The notes: generated by a model not told the origin, from the letters alone. A DNA stretch of 64,000 bases from Christensenella sp. UBA4636 (GCA_002405915.1 DHMS01000033.1:114895-178894), one strand, 5' to 3'; shown: positions 50,234 to 60,601, counted from the stretch's first letter. Made by a program: numbers and translations.

Positions 50234-52741
50234 ATGAAACGGACTATTTCTTTTATCCTCTCCCTCGCAAGCTTATTTTTGATTGTCGGAGGGGCTTACG
50301 ACTTACAAATAAATAAAAAAACGACCGAGGCGCACGCCTTAGAACGGGTTTCGACTTCCGTTATCTCCCCCGCCTCGTACCCGGAATACCTCGAACTTTC
50401 CTCCCCCGTTGACGTTTTCGTCGACGGAGAACCTACCGACGGCGACTACGTTTTAGCCATAGCCGAACCGCACAAAATCTTCGTCTACAAAAACGGCGTT
50501 TACACAAGCTATCCGCTTACCGAGTACACCGTGTCTAAGCTTGCCGTGTTCGGCGATTACGTAATCTTCCTTTCAAGCTCGGGCATCTACTATTTTTCGA
50601 CCGAAACGCCCGCGGAAAGCTTTGAAGTTATAGATTCCGGCGTGAAATCGGCAAACAGTTTCGTTTTGACGGCAAGCCTCTTAATAGTCAACCCGTCGAG
50701 CGAAATACGCTCTTACGAAGTCGTAACTGCAGAAACTTCCCTTCAATTTATTCCTAAAAACTCTTCGAGCCTTAATTACACGCCCTCGTGCTTGGCTTAC
50801 GACAACGGCAGCACCTATTACTTTTTCGAAAAGACTTTAAGGCGTTTTTCAATGGACACGCCCGTTGAAATCGCGCGAAATTTGAAAGAGCCGCGTTACG
50901 CGGTCGCAGGCAACGGTTACGTTTATTTTTCTTCGGCGGACGGCATTTACGCCGTAGACCTCGCCACGGGAAAAGCCCCCGCAGACCCCATTGTGCCGAC
51001 AAGCTCCGTAAACGCCCTTTCAAGCCTCGTTTCGCCCCAAGGTCTATTCCTTTACGGCAAGTCGCTTTACATATGCGACAGTTCGATTGACGCCGTAATG
51101 GTAATAAATATCGATACAAACGAGTTTACGAATTTCGCGATAACCGCGCGCGGAGATTTGCCCAACAGAGTGACCTCTCAACCCAAAGCAATCGCCGCAA
51201 ACGACTTGTCGCTTTTTATCCTCGACGATTCGCAAGTTAAAATTTACGATTTGAACGCAAAAACTTTCACCGCCGAAAAATTAGAAGGCGTAGGCGGAAG
51301 CGACAAAATCGCCGCGACCGCTTCCTCTCTTTTGGTAGCCTCGGGCGACGATTTAAACCTTTTCAAGCTAAATCAATCGGGAACATACGAACGCGCGGAA
51401 ATTTTAAGCGACACGGCAAACTACCGCAACGTTACGGCGATTTGCGCGTACGACAAGAATTTTTATTTTATAAACAACGAGCTTTTAGACAGCGTTTCCC
51501 ATGCGGTTATTTACGAAGTCGACGTTACCACCCGCACGATAAAACGCCTTGCAGACATCAAAGGCACGGGCGAGCTTATAACTTCCGACGTGTTCGGTCG
51601 CCTTTACGCCACCGTTTATTCCAACGGCGAATATAAAGTTTTCGGCAGCGAAGAAAACGTTTTCACCGAAAACGGCTTGCTCCTTTCGACTACAGTAAAA
51701 CCGTTAGCCTCTTTCGTCGATATCGAGGGCACCGTGTTTTTACTCTCGGAAGCAAATAAAATAACGGCGGTAACGACCGACAAAACTTCCACGAAGACGG
51801 AATACGAACTCTCCCTTTCTCAAAACTTGCCAGCCTTAACCGCGCTCGACGCTTGCCTCGTTCCCGCTTCCGACAAAACCTTTTTCCTTTATAAAGGCTT
51901 CGTCCTCACGGCTTCGACCTCTCTTAACGTTGCCACCCCCGAAAAGCTTTCCGTTCCCGAAGATTATTCGGTCGAACTCAACAAAAAGCCCGAAAAGGTA
52001 TCGATAGCCGAAAACGCCCGCTATTTCGGCGTAGACCTTGCAAAGACCGCCGAAAAGAACGTTTTCGAATACGTCGGCTACGGCGCGGAAGAAACCGAAA
52101 AGGAATATCTCTTGCTTGCCGAAACCGACCGTTACGCATTAGTTACGAGCAACGAAAAATCCGCCGTCGTCCGCAAAGACGATATCATCAAAATTTCCGA
52201 CGGCATAACCGAAAAGAAAGGTAAATATTACCTCGTAACGGACGTAAACGCCTACTCTTACCCCGTCGCCCGCGACCCCTTCGCCAAGTTTTGTTTAAGC
52301 TACAACGAGCAAATCGAAGCGTTAGGCACAATCGCCTTGAACGGCAAAAGCTTCACTCTCGTAAAGCGCGGCGAGGACGAGGGCTACGTTCCCTCCTCGA
52401 TGCTCAAATCGGCAATCGCGGCGGACTCCACCCCACACGAATATTACACGGCGGCGGTAGGCAGAAGCGGCGCAAAAGTTTATTCCGACGAAGCCTTAAC
52501 CGAAGAAGTAGGCTTTTTTAACCCATCAACGGATATTTTCGTTTTAAAAGACGACGGCAAAATCGCCGCCGTTCTATACGAAGGCAAGGTTTGCTATCTC
52601 GACTCCACGCTCCTAAAACCGCACGGCTATTACGCTATAAGGTATCTTTTAGTCGTCGTAATCTTAGTTTTCGCCCTCTTCTCCACGGGCTACTATCTCA
52701 TCAAAACCCGCGTGTTCAAAAAGAAGAACGAAGAAGCCTAA
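50234..52741 (+). CDS. Large exported beta-propeller-like protein with two C-terminal SH3b-like domains and a C-terminal TM anchor
   Basis: 835 aa with an N-terminal signal/anchor (ISFILSLASLFLIVGGAY) and repeated beta-strand blocks. Near the C-terminus it has EDEGYVPSSMLKS and GKVCYLDSTLLK, then a TM (YLLVVVILVFALFSTGYYLI). Confidence 0.55.
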   Translation: MKRTISFILSLASLFLIVGGAYDLQINKKTTEAHALERVSTSVISPASYPEYLELSSPVDVFVDGEPTDGDYVLAIAEPHKIFVYKNGVYTSYPLTEYTVSKLAVFGDYVIFLSSSGIYYFSTETPAESFEVIDSGVKSANSFVLTASLLIVNPSSEIRSYEVVTAETSLQFIPKNSSSLNYTPSCLAYDNGSTYYFFEKTLRRFSMDTPVEIARNLKEPRYAVAGNGYVYFSSADGIYAVDLATGKAPADPIVPTSSVNALSSLVSPQGLFLYGKSLYICDSSIDAVMVINIDTNEFTNFAITARGDLPNRVTSQPKAIAANDLSLFILDDSQVKIYDLNAKTFTAEKLEGVGGSDKIAATASSLLVASGDDLNLFKLNQSGTYERAEILSDTANYRNVTAICAYDKNFYFINNELLDSVSHAVIYEVDVTTRTIKRLADIKGTGELITSDVFGRLYATVYSNGEYKVFGSEENVFTENGLLLSTTVKPLASFVDIEGTVFLLSEANKITAVTTDKTSTKTEYELSLSQNLPALTALDACLVPASDKTFFLYKGFVLTASTSLNVATPEKLSVPEDYSVELNKKPEKVSIAENARYFGVDLAKTAEKNVFEYVGYGAEETEKEYLLLAETDRYALVTSNEKSAVVRKDDIIKISDGITEKKGKYYLVTDVNAYSYPVARDPFAKFCLSYNEQIEALGTIALNGKSFTLVKRGEDEGYVPSSMLKSAIAADSTPHEYYTAAVGRSGAKVYSDEALTEEVGFFNPSTDIFVLKDDGKIAAVLYEGKVCYLDSTLLKPHGYYAIRYLLVVVILVFALFSTGYYLIKTRVFKKKNEEA

Positions 52742-52750
52742 ACGTAAAAA

Positions 52751-52774
52751 CTTGCAGGGGGTACCCCCTGCAAG
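52751..52774. terminator. Perfect 24-nt palindrome after the 835-aa gene
   Basis: CTTGCAGGGGGTACCCCCTGCAAG. No clean T-run follows, so the terminator call is tentative. Confidence 0.4.
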
Positions 52775-52852
52775 CCTAAATTTAAAAAATTATATTTCTG
52801 TAAATTCTTTTTTTCAGAAACTACACCCCAACATTTAACAAAGAACCAAAAG

Positions 52853-52909
52853 GGTTCTATAATAAAAGTTGAGGTGTTTTTTTTGCGCCCCAACTTTTAT
52901 TATAGAACC
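52853..52909. terminator. 22-bp inverted repeat (long hairpin) between convergent genes
   Basis: GGTTCTATAATAAAAGTTGAGG (52853-52874) pairs with CCCCAACTTTTATTATAGAACC (52888-52909) with one mismatch. The loop is TGTTTTTTTTGCG, and TGTTTTTCTC follows on the plus strand. Confidence 0.5.
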
Positions 52910-52979
52910 TGTTTTTCTCAAAAAAATCGCCTTTCCCGTAAGAAAGACGATTTTTCAATGCTATTTAGTTACTTTTTAT

Positions 52980-54653
52980 TTACTTCCCGCAGAAAAAGCC
53001 TAAGGCGTTCGAATACGGGTTGCCGAAAAAGTCCTTGACTTGGTTGACTTCTCGCGCCATGCCGAACGCGGGAGAAGAAGATTTTAACTTAAAGTTGTCG
53101 GCAAAGCTTCTGCCCGTGCGCGCCGCCACGTCGGAATCGGAATACGCGGAGACAAACTGCGGGTCGACGTACAAGCCGTCCGTGTTAGCCGTCTTAAACG
53201 CCTCTAAATTCGATATTTTGCCGTTAGCCGAGGAATAAACCAAGTTGTTGCTTACAAGCGCGTTTTTAGTGTCTGCAATCTCGAATTTTGCGTTTGCGGA
53301 CATATTGTAAATAATGTTGTTGTAAAATTCGAAGTTGCGCTCTCCGTTGCTCTTCAAGATAATCGGAGAAGTTTCCGCAGAAATTACGAACGTATTGTTG
53401 TAAAGCGAAACGTTCTTCGCCTCATAGTTAATGTAAACTATGCCCTTGTTGCCGTAATCGTGAACGGAAAGATTGTATCTTACCGTAACTTTATCGGCAA
53501 CGCCCCGGTCGTTCAAAGTCGTGCAGTTCAAAAACAAGCCGAAAGCGTTGTCATGGCTGTAATTGTACTGCCAAACGGTATCGCGGCTCTGCAAGTCCGC
53601 GTCAAGCATGCAGCCGTCTTGAAGCGTAACCCCGTCGGCTTTCGCCTTCGCGCGATTGAAATAGCCTTCGTTGTATTCGATAACCGTACCCGAAACATAA
53701 GAAGTGCAGATAGTGTTGCCCGAAACGCACTTTATAGCCGTTTCGTACATAACGTTGCCCTTTATCTTGCCGCCGGCAAGGTTGCGCGCGAATATGGCGT
53801 TTTTGCCGATATAGCAAATCTCGTTGTTTTCGATATTTACGTTAAGGTAGGAAAATTTTTCAAAATCGTCGGAATAAGGCGAAACTTTCGTGGTGCCGCT
53901 TGCCGTTTGCGGTCTGTACCAAGTGGCGATACCTACGTTTTCGACGTTTTTTATCTTGTTTCCTACGATATTAAGCCCGTCGTATCTGCCGTAGCCGTCG
54001 AGCGACCAAACGTGTATGCCGCCCGTAACTTTTGACGGCATGCTCATACCGCTGTTCGCCGCGTCGGTTATGCCGTGTATGTCGTGAATGTATAAGTTTC
54101 TTATCGTAATGTCGCGATAAGTGACTACTTCCTTTTTGCCTTCGGGGTTTGTTGCGTTGATAAGCACGCCCCTACGGTCGCCTTCTTCGGTCTCTTCGTC
54201 GTAAATTTCTAAATTTTCAACCGTAAGATATTCGCAATTTTCGATATAAATAACGCCGCTTCCCGATAAATTCGCACCGTTTATCTTGGGCTTTGGCAAG
54301 CTTTCGTCGCCGTAAGCGGTAATTAAAACTTCAGCAACTTCGGTACCTTTTACGTTTTTGAGTTGAAGTCCGCCGTTAAAAATCGAACCGCGCTTCAAGC
54401 CTATTTTATCTCCCGGCTTAATGTCGATCAGCTCGATACCGGTCAAGTCGCTGAAAGGCTTTTCTTTGCTTCCGTCGGCGTCGTCCAACGTCGACGTAGA
54501 GTCAAAGTAGTAAGTCATTTTTTGCTCGGTTTCTCCGCCGTTATCACCCGAGGACGAATCGCCGTTCGGACCGTCTCCGACGCACCCGACAAGTGCAAAC
54601 GCAATAACAAAGGCGCAAACCGCAGCAAGTATTTTTGATAACAAATTTTTCAT
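52980..54653 (-). CDS. Lipoprotein with right-handed parallel beta-helix repeats (polysaccharide lyase/hydrolase-like)
   Basis: 557 aa with a lipobox (FALVGCVGDG). It has repeated N/G/I-rich ~22-aa turns (ITIRNLYIHDIHG, NIVGNKIKNVENVGI, NIENNEICYIGKNAI). Confidence 0.6.
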   Translation of the reverse strand: MKNLLSKILAAVCAFVIAFALVGCVGDGPNGDSSSGDNGGETEQKMTYYFDSTSTLDDADGSKEKPFSDLTGIELIDIKPGDKIGLKRGSIFNGGLQLKNVKGTEVAEVLITAYGDESLPKPKINGANLSGSGVIYIENCEYLTVENLEIYDEETEEGDRRGVLINATNPEGKKEVVTYRDITIRNLYIHDIHGITDAANSGMSMPSKVTGGIHVWSLDGYGRYDGLNIVGNKIKNVENVGIATWYRPQTASGTTKVSPYSDDFEKFSYLNVNIENNEICYIGKNAIFARNLAGGKIKGNVMYETAIKCVSGNTICTSYVSGTVIEYNEGYFNRAKAKADGVTLQDGCMLDADLQSRDTVWQYNYSHDNAFGLFLNCTTLNDRGVADKVTVRYNLSVHDYGNKGIVYINYEAKNVSLYNNTFVISAETSPIILKSNGERNFEFYNNIIYNMSANAKFEIADTKNALVSNNLVYSSANGKISNLEAFKTANTDGLYVDPQFVSAYSDSDVAARTGRSFADNFKLKSSSPAFGMAREVNQVKDFFGNPYSNALGFFCGK

Positions 54654-54781
54654 TTTTACCTCTATTCGTGTATTATTTTTTTAAAGCGATTAACAGCTTT
54701 TCCGAAATAACGCGCCCGCCCGATATTTTTTTGTCGGTTACGGACGCGTAAAAAGGAAGATATAGTAGAGTAAGCTAATTG

Positions 54782-57700
54782 TTAAGCGTTTTCAGTCGTC
54801 TTTTTGGCAAACGGGAGCTTATCCCAAACGCTCGTTAAGATAAACGCGACGGCGGTTAACCCGAAGATAATGCCGAACACTACCTGAACGACGCCTACGG
54901 CGTTCATCCAAGCGGGTGTAATCGTTATATAACGAGTGCTTGCCGTTACGCCGTTCATTGCGTAAGAATTGACGACAACGTAAAGTATTTTATGCGCTTC
55001 TTCTCTCATGGCATTAGCAAGCTTGCCGTAACCCGTTTTGTATTGATTGAGCGGAGAGTCTGCCGCACTCTTAACCGCCAAGTCGCCGTCGGGGAGAGCC
55101 GAGCCGCCCAAAATTCCGCCGGCTAAGTCCATATAGTTAGACTGCCAATAGTCGGAAACGGCAAAACCTTTCATACCGAATTCGTTGCGAAGAACGGTAT
55201 TGATAAAGCCGTGCTGGCTCGTCCAGTCAACGCCGATACGATTAAAGCCCGTCATAACGTTTTCCGCGCCGCCTTCGATAATACCTATTTCGAAAGGCTT
55301 CAAGTAAATTTCTCTTATCGTCTGCTCGTTCGCCCAGGTGTTCACGCCCTCACGGTTGTGTTCCTGTTCGTTCAAAACGGCATGTTTTAGGTAAACGTAA
55401 ATGCCTTTTTCTCTTATGCCGCGAATTTCCGCCGCGGTTGTTTTACCGGACAAAAATCCGTCCTCGGAATAATATTCGAAAGCTCTGCCGTTGTACGCGC
55501 CACGGTGAATGTTCGCGCCCGGTCCGTACAATCCGGAGTAACCAGCCCAGAGGCAGTCCTCGCCGATAGCGTTGCCGAGTTCTTCGATAAGTTCCTCGTT
55601 CATCGTCGCAGCCATGAGTGCGGCGCAAGGATAAGCAACCGGCGAAGTGTCTTTGTCGGGGTCGTCGTAAAGGAACGCATATCTGAGTTCCGCAACGCCT
55701 GCGTTGGAAGAATATCTGTATGCGTCCTCGCCCGCGCTCGTCGCGCCTACGGGTCCGAGCGCGCCGTTGCCGTCGATGGTTTCGGTTTTTATTTCCAAGC
55801 CCCAGGTTTTTCTAAGTCCGTTGGAAAGAAGCATAACGGTATCTTCCCAAGTAAGCTGGTCGAGAATTTCTTCCCATCTTTCGTCGTCGTATTCTACTTT
55901 TTCAAGCTTGCCGTCTTTTATCGAAAGGAGCGAGCCGAGAGTCTTGTCGTATGTGCCGTCGCCGTAAGTCGGGTAAGCAACGTCGTCTTTTTGTAGCTTG
56001 GTCGAGCCTTTTGCCGCGTCGGACGCCATTTTAGCGGTAGCCGTAACCTTAACTTCGTTGTTTAATCTTTCGTGAGTTTTTGTCAAGCCCAATTTGACCG
56101 TGCCTTCCCAGTTGCTTCTCGTCATGTAAGTAACGGAGTTACTGCCCTTGCCTTCGTAACGGTTAAGGTCCGCGTCGTCGAAAGCGTTGGTTATTTTATT
56201 GCCGGTAGCCGCGGACGTAGCGTAGGTTTTGTCGTCGAAAGTCTTAGCAAATTTCTTCGTCATCGACGTTTCGCCGTCGTCCGTCATGCCGTCGGACTTC
56301 TTTTTACCCTTAGCGGCTAAAACGTTGTTTACTGCTTCGTGCGCGTTCTTGGCGGCGGTGAAGTAATAATCGCCCGCATCAAGGATATAAGTTTTTGCTT
56401 TATTCGAGTCGTAAGAAGCAAGTTCGCTGCCCTTTATTTCGATAGTAACGGGTTGGCTTGCGCCCGGCGCGAGTTCTTCGGTTTTTGCAAACCCCGCAAA
56501 ATCGATTGCCGATTTTTCAATGCCGTTTTGCTTGTCGTAATCGGTATAAGGCTTCTGCAAGTAAATCTGCACCGCCTCTTTACCCTTGCTGTTGCCTACG
56601 TTTTTAACGGTGACTTTCGCCGTGTAAACGTCGGTTTTTTCGTTGTATTCGACGTCGAAATCGTAATATTCGAATTCCGTATAGCTAAGTCCGAAGCCGA
56701 ACGGGTATTTGACTACTTCGTTATAATTGAACGTTCCCGCGTTCGCCGTCTTCAAAACGGAATCTTCGTAACGCGTTTCGGTGTAGCGATAGCCGTTGTA
56801 AATGCCTTCCTGGTAAACGAGGTATTTTGTCGACTTAATGCCGCCCGGTACCGTTTCGCCCGCGTTCGCGAATTCGCCGAAGTTAGCGTATACGGGGTTA
56901 AAGTAATGTTCTACCCAATAAGTGTCGGTGAGCTTGCCGCTCGGGCTTACTCCGGTTAAAATCTTGCCGATACCTCTCGTACCGGTCGCGCCGCCTTCGC
57001 CTACCCACAAAACGGCGTCTATGCCGTATTCGGCGTTGTCTACGTAGTCGCACTGAACTTGGTTAACGGAGTTCAAAAGGATAACTATTTTTTTGATTTT
57101 TCCCGAATCTTTAAGGGATTTCATTCCTTTAAGCACGGAAATTTCGTTGGGAGAAAGTTCAAGATAATCGCCGTTCGTCGTGTCGGAAGAAGAGCCGCCG
57201 TTCATGTAAAGGTCGGTTGCCTCCGTGCCGTAACGCGAAAGAACGAATATGCCCGCTTCCGCCGCTTCGTCTCTGCCCGAGCCGATAGCGTTCCAAGGAA
57301 CGTCCTTAATAGCATAAGTAGCCTTATCCGAGCTTGTGTTGCTGTTATGGTCGGCTTTGTATTGAACGTTATCCGCGTTTGCCGTGTAGAAGTTCCAGAG
57401 TGCTTCGTTTACGACAAGTCCCGCTTCGGTAAGCCCGTCTTTCAAGCTCAGATTTTCCGCGCGTTTAGCAAGCGAAGAACCGCCGCCCTGATAAATATAG
57501 TTAACGGAGTTGATGCTGTAAAGATTGACTTTCGCGCCGGAAGACAAAGGCAACGCCTTTGCGCCGTTTACTTCGTCGTTTTTAAGCAAAACAGCACCTT
57601 CTTCAGTGACTTTTGCTACGACTTCGTTTGCGTTTTCTTTAAGTTCCGCTATGCTTTCGTAATCGGACTTATAGTAAAGAGTATCCTCGTCCTCATCGTC

Positions 57701-57859
57701 TGCGGTTATTTTTTCCTGCGTTTTTACGTTAAAAATAGCGTTTATCTGCCCCGCCGCGTCGGGAGAGAGCATAATGTTGCCGCCGACGAGAATAATACCG
57801 AACAGTACGGCGAACATGTTAAAGAGTATCTTTGATAATAATTTATAAACCTTTTTCAT
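54782..57859 (-). CDS. Glycoside hydrolase family 3 enzyme with permuted domain order, anchored by N- and C-terminal TM segments
   Basis: 1025 aa. The sandwich-domain end FGFGLSYTEFEY and the Fn3-like segment VKVTVKNVGNSKGKEAVQIYL occur in the first half. The catalytic-nucleophile context GFAVSDYW occurs near the C-terminus. TM helices are present at both ends. Confidence 0.75.
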   Translation of the reverse strand: MKKVYKLLSKILFNMFAVLFGIILVGGNIMLSPDAAGQINAIFNVKTQEKITADDEDEDTLYYKSDYESIAELKENANEVVAKVTEEGAVLLKNDEVNGAKALPLSSGAKVNLYSINSVNYIYQGGGSSLAKRAENLSLKDGLTEAGLVVNEALWNFYTANADNVQYKADHNSNTSSDKATYAIKDVPWNAIGSGRDEAAEAGIFVLSRYGTEATDLYMNGGSSSDTTNGDYLELSPNEISVLKGMKSLKDSGKIKKIVILLNSVNQVQCDYVDNAEYGIDAVLWVGEGGATGTRGIGKILTGVSPSGKLTDTYWVEHYFNPVYANFGEFANAGETVPGGIKSTKYLVYQEGIYNGYRYTETRYEDSVLKTANAGTFNYNEVVKYPFGFGLSYTEFEYYDFDVEYNEKTDVYTAKVTVKNVGNSKGKEAVQIYLQKPYTDYDKQNGIEKSAIDFAGFAKTEELAPGASQPVTIEIKGSELASYDSNKAKTYILDAGDYYFTAAKNAHEAVNNVLAAKGKKKSDGMTDDGETSMTKKFAKTFDDKTYATSAATGNKITNAFDDADLNRYEGKGSNSVTYMTRSNWEGTVKLGLTKTHERLNNEVKVTATAKMASDAAKGSTKLQKDDVAYPTYGDGTYDKTLGSLLSIKDGKLEKVEYDDERWEEILDQLTWEDTVMLLSNGLRKTWGLEIKTETIDGNGALGPVGATSAGEDAYRYSSNAGVAELRYAFLYDDPDKDTSPVAYPCAALMAATMNEELIEELGNAIGEDCLWAGYSGLYGPGANIHRGAYNGRAFEYYSEDGFLSGKTTAAEIRGIREKGIYVYLKHAVLNEQEHNREGVNTWANEQTIREIYLKPFEIGIIEGGAENVMTGFNRIGVDWTSQHGFINTVLRNEFGMKGFAVSDYWQSNYMDLAGGILGGSALPDGDLAVKSAADSPLNQYKTGYGKLANAMREEAHKILYVVVNSYAMNGVTASTRYITITPAWMNAVGVVQVVFGIIFGLTAVAFILTSVWDKLPFAKKTTENA

Positions 57860-58320
57860 GCGTTTGCCTCCTCCGTTTCTATTTCTTCTTTCTCGCCTTG
57901 TTTAAGCCATAACGCAACGTTACCGAGTATCGCGGAGACTAAAAGCGCGATTGCGATAAAGAGATACGAGCCGTCGATAAGCTTAAAAGCTTCCGCCGAA
58001 ACGCCGTTGTAGAACACGCCCGAAAGGTACATGTAAGACGTACCCGCAAACGTTAAAAAGGCAATAAGGCTCATTCCCCAACTCACTATCGGCGCAATGC
58101 CGGAGGTCGGCTTAAACGCCGCTAAAAGTATCGTAAGCACAAGCGAAATTATCGGCAGAATAACGACCGCAGCCGTGTAATATCCCGTCAAAAATTCCTT
58201 CTTGAACGCCCCCGCATAGACAAGCCCCGCGATAAACGCAAGCACTGCCGAAACGGCGGTGAAGTAAAACCCGATGTTTTTATAACAATCGGTATTAAGA
58301 TATTTTTTTATCTTTTCCAT
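57856..58320 (-). CDS. Small integral membrane protein (about 4 TM), function unknown
   Basis: 154 aa with four hydrophobic helices. Its stop overlaps the GH3 gene start by 4 nt. Confidence 0.55.
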   Translation of the reverse strand: MEKIKKYLNTDCYKNIGFYFTAVSAVLAFIAGLVYAGAFKKEFLTGYYTAAVVILPIISLVLTILLAAFKPTSGIAPIVSWGMSLIAFLTFAGTSYMYLSGVFYNGVSAEAFKLIDGSYLFIAIALLVSAILGNVALWLKQGEKEEIETEEANA

Positions 58321-58401
58321 TTTTTATATTTTCCTTTTAGTTTTTAAAGGCGCACGGTAGGTCGTAAGACCATGAGCCGAACGCCTTTTTCTTGTTTTTT
58401 C

Positions 58402-60540
58402 TTACGCAATCGGAGTGATAACGAGGTTGCTAATTGTTATCGTTTCTTCGGCAACATCGTTCGAATGAATACAAATCTGCCAGTAATTATTTTTACTTGT
58501 AGTAAGGTCTACGATGGTTTTTACTGTGTAGCCAGCAATCGCCTTTTCTGCTTCGATATCAACTCTGCCCAAGCTGCCGCTATCTTCAATAGATATTCCG
58601 CCTTTTGTTGTCTTTACGGTATAAGTCGCAACAAACTTTTTGTTGAACGGCAAGAAACGGTACATATATTTACTCTTACTCGGTATAACAATTGATGTAA
58701 CAGCAGTCAGAACACCATCATTGAACGAGCATATGTCGTTAGGTCTGTTTTCTTTATCGTTACTATGTCCTTGGGCCCATATACCGGCAAGGCTTCCATC
58801 CGCAAAAGCAGAGGCTTTTTTTGTTTCGGTTACATAGCTTGAAGCACTATCTACAACGTAAACGGTGCAATCTCTCTTCGCACCCGTTACGGAAGCGGTA
58901 ACCGTCGCCCAGCCTGCTTTAAGACCGGTGATTTTGCCGTTTTCAACGGTTACGATTGTGTTGTCGGAAGTAGACCAAGTAATCGCGCTGCCGTCCGAAG
59001 CGGTTGCGGTGAGAGTCTTGGTGTTCTTAGTCGTGCCGTCTTCGTCCGCCTGCAAATAGAGGTAAACGAAAGTGCTGCTCAAATAAACGGCTTTATCTAC
59101 AACCACAACCGTGCAAGAAGCCTCTTTCCCTTTGCATTTTACCGTTATGGTAGCGGTACCGGGCGCAACCGCGGTAACTACGCCGTTTTCAACGGTAGCT
59201 ACTTTATTATCGGAAGTTTCCCAAGTGAACTCCGCGCCGCTGCCCGTATAAGTCGGGGTAAGGGTTGCAGTGTTTTTGCCTTCCGCCGTTAAAATTTCGA
59301 TTTCGTTTTTGTCGAGCGTAAGCTTAGCTTCCGGCGTGGATTCGACGAATACCGGAACGATAATGAAAGCGGTAGGCGATCTGAATTTGAACTGATAGGG
59401 GTCTTGCGCACTCGGTTTTTTGGAAGTGTATTCGAAGTTATAGGTGCCGTAACCCGCTTTAATAGTGGTATCGACGCCGTTAATGGAGATAACGCCTTCC
59501 GAAGCGGCATATATGCCGAGCGTGACTTTGTAATAAAGACCGCCCTCAGTGTCGGGTTGATATCTCATGTATACGAAGTTCGTGCCGCTGGTGCCTACGC
59601 CCGTAATATCGATTGCAAGCGCGCCGTTCTTAAAAGTCGGAGCTTCGCTTACGGTAGCGGTAGCCGATTCGAGCAAGTGGTTCCATACTCCGGGAGCGCC
59701 GCAAGCGTCCGCCTTTTTACCGGATGCAAGTTCATAGGAATTTTCTACTTCGCTTACGATAACGAGGTATTGTTCGCTATCTTCGCCGGCGGTTGCGGTA
59801 ACGAGAGTGGAACCGACTTCAACGCCCGTAACTTTTCCGCCTTCTACGGTCGCGATTTTGCTGTTAGCCGTAGCCCACTTAGGAGCCGCGAAAGAAGAAG
59901 TTATAATTTCGCTTGCGCCTTTCTTAACAAATACGCGCGCAACTACTATTACTCTTACGTCTTTGGAAACGTCGCCTACCGAAACTTTAACGCTCGTAGT
60001 ACCCGTCTTTAAGCCGGTGACAACACCGTCCTTAACGGTAGCAACGCTTTCGTTTTCGCTTTTCCAAACCAAGTCGCCGCTAAGACCTTCCGCCTTAGCT
60101 TCGATTTTTGCGGTATCGGAAATATCGGTCATGATAAGAACGCTTGTCTTGTCAACGATAATCTGTTTGCTTTCAACGGTTACTTCACAAGTTTTTGTTT
60201 CAATAACTTTGTTTAAGCCTTTCTTTTTAACGCTTACGGTAATGGTAGCTTTACCGCCCGCCTTTGCGGTGACAAGTCCGCCCTGAACGCTCGCTACGTC
60301 GGAATCGGAAGACTCCCACCAAATGGTATAGCCCTCTTTTACGGAAGCTTCGAGCTGTTTGGTTTCGCCGAGGTTAAGAGTTATAGCCGTTTCCGAAAGT
60401 GTAAATCCCGTATCGACGCTTGCAGAGTTGCCGCCGCCCGAAGACGAACCGTCGCCTTTCTTTGCGCAACCGGGGATTATCGCCGCGCACATTACCACAA
60501 CGAGCAATGCAGCAACGAAAGAGAAGAGTTTGTTTTTCAT
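58402..60540 (-). CDS. Surface lipoprotein with multiple Big_2 (bacterial Ig-like) domains and putative carbohydrate-binding modules
   Basis: 712 aa with a lipobox (AAIIPGCAKK). It has at least six repeats of the pattern W.S.....A.V..G.VT....G.A.ITV (for example WESSDSDVASVQGGLVTAKAGGKATITV). Confidence 0.7.
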   Translation of the reverse strand: MKNKLFSFVAALLVVVMCAAIIPGCAKKGDGSSSGGGNSASVDTGFTLSETAITLNLGETKQLEASVKEGYTIWWESSDSDVASVQGGLVTAKAGGKATITVSVKKKGLNKVIETKTCEVTVESKQIIVDKTSVLIMTDISDTAKIEAKAEGLSGDLVWKSENESVATVKDGVVTGLKTGTTSVKVSVGDVSKDVRVIVVARVFVKKGASEIITSSFAAPKWATANSKIATVEGGKVTGVEVGSTLVTATAGEDSEQYLVIVSEVENSYELASGKKADACGAPGVWNHLLESATATVSEAPTFKNGALAIDITGVGTSGTNFVYMRYQPDTEGGLYYKVTLGIYAASEGVISINGVDTTIKAGYGTYNFEYTSKKPSAQDPYQFKFRSPTAFIIVPVFVESTPEAKLTLDKNEIEILTAEGKNTATLTPTYTGSGAEFTWETSDNKVATVENGVVTAVAPGTATITVKCKGKEASCTVVVVDKAVYLSSTFVYLYLQADEDGTTKNTKTLTATASDGSAITWSTSDNTIVTVENGKITGLKAGWATVTASVTGAKRDCTVYVVDSASSYVTETKKASAFADGSLAGIWAQGHSNDKENRPNDICSFNDGVLTAVTSIVIPSKSKYMYRFLPFNKKFVATYTVKTTKGGISIEDSGSLGRVDIEAEKAIAGYTVKTIVDLTTSKNNYWQICIHSNDVAEETITISNLVITPIA

Positions 60541-60601
60541 AAGTTTAATATATCCTCCTTAGGGATTTATTTTGTCTTTCTCCGTCGCTTTTAATGCATG
60601 T

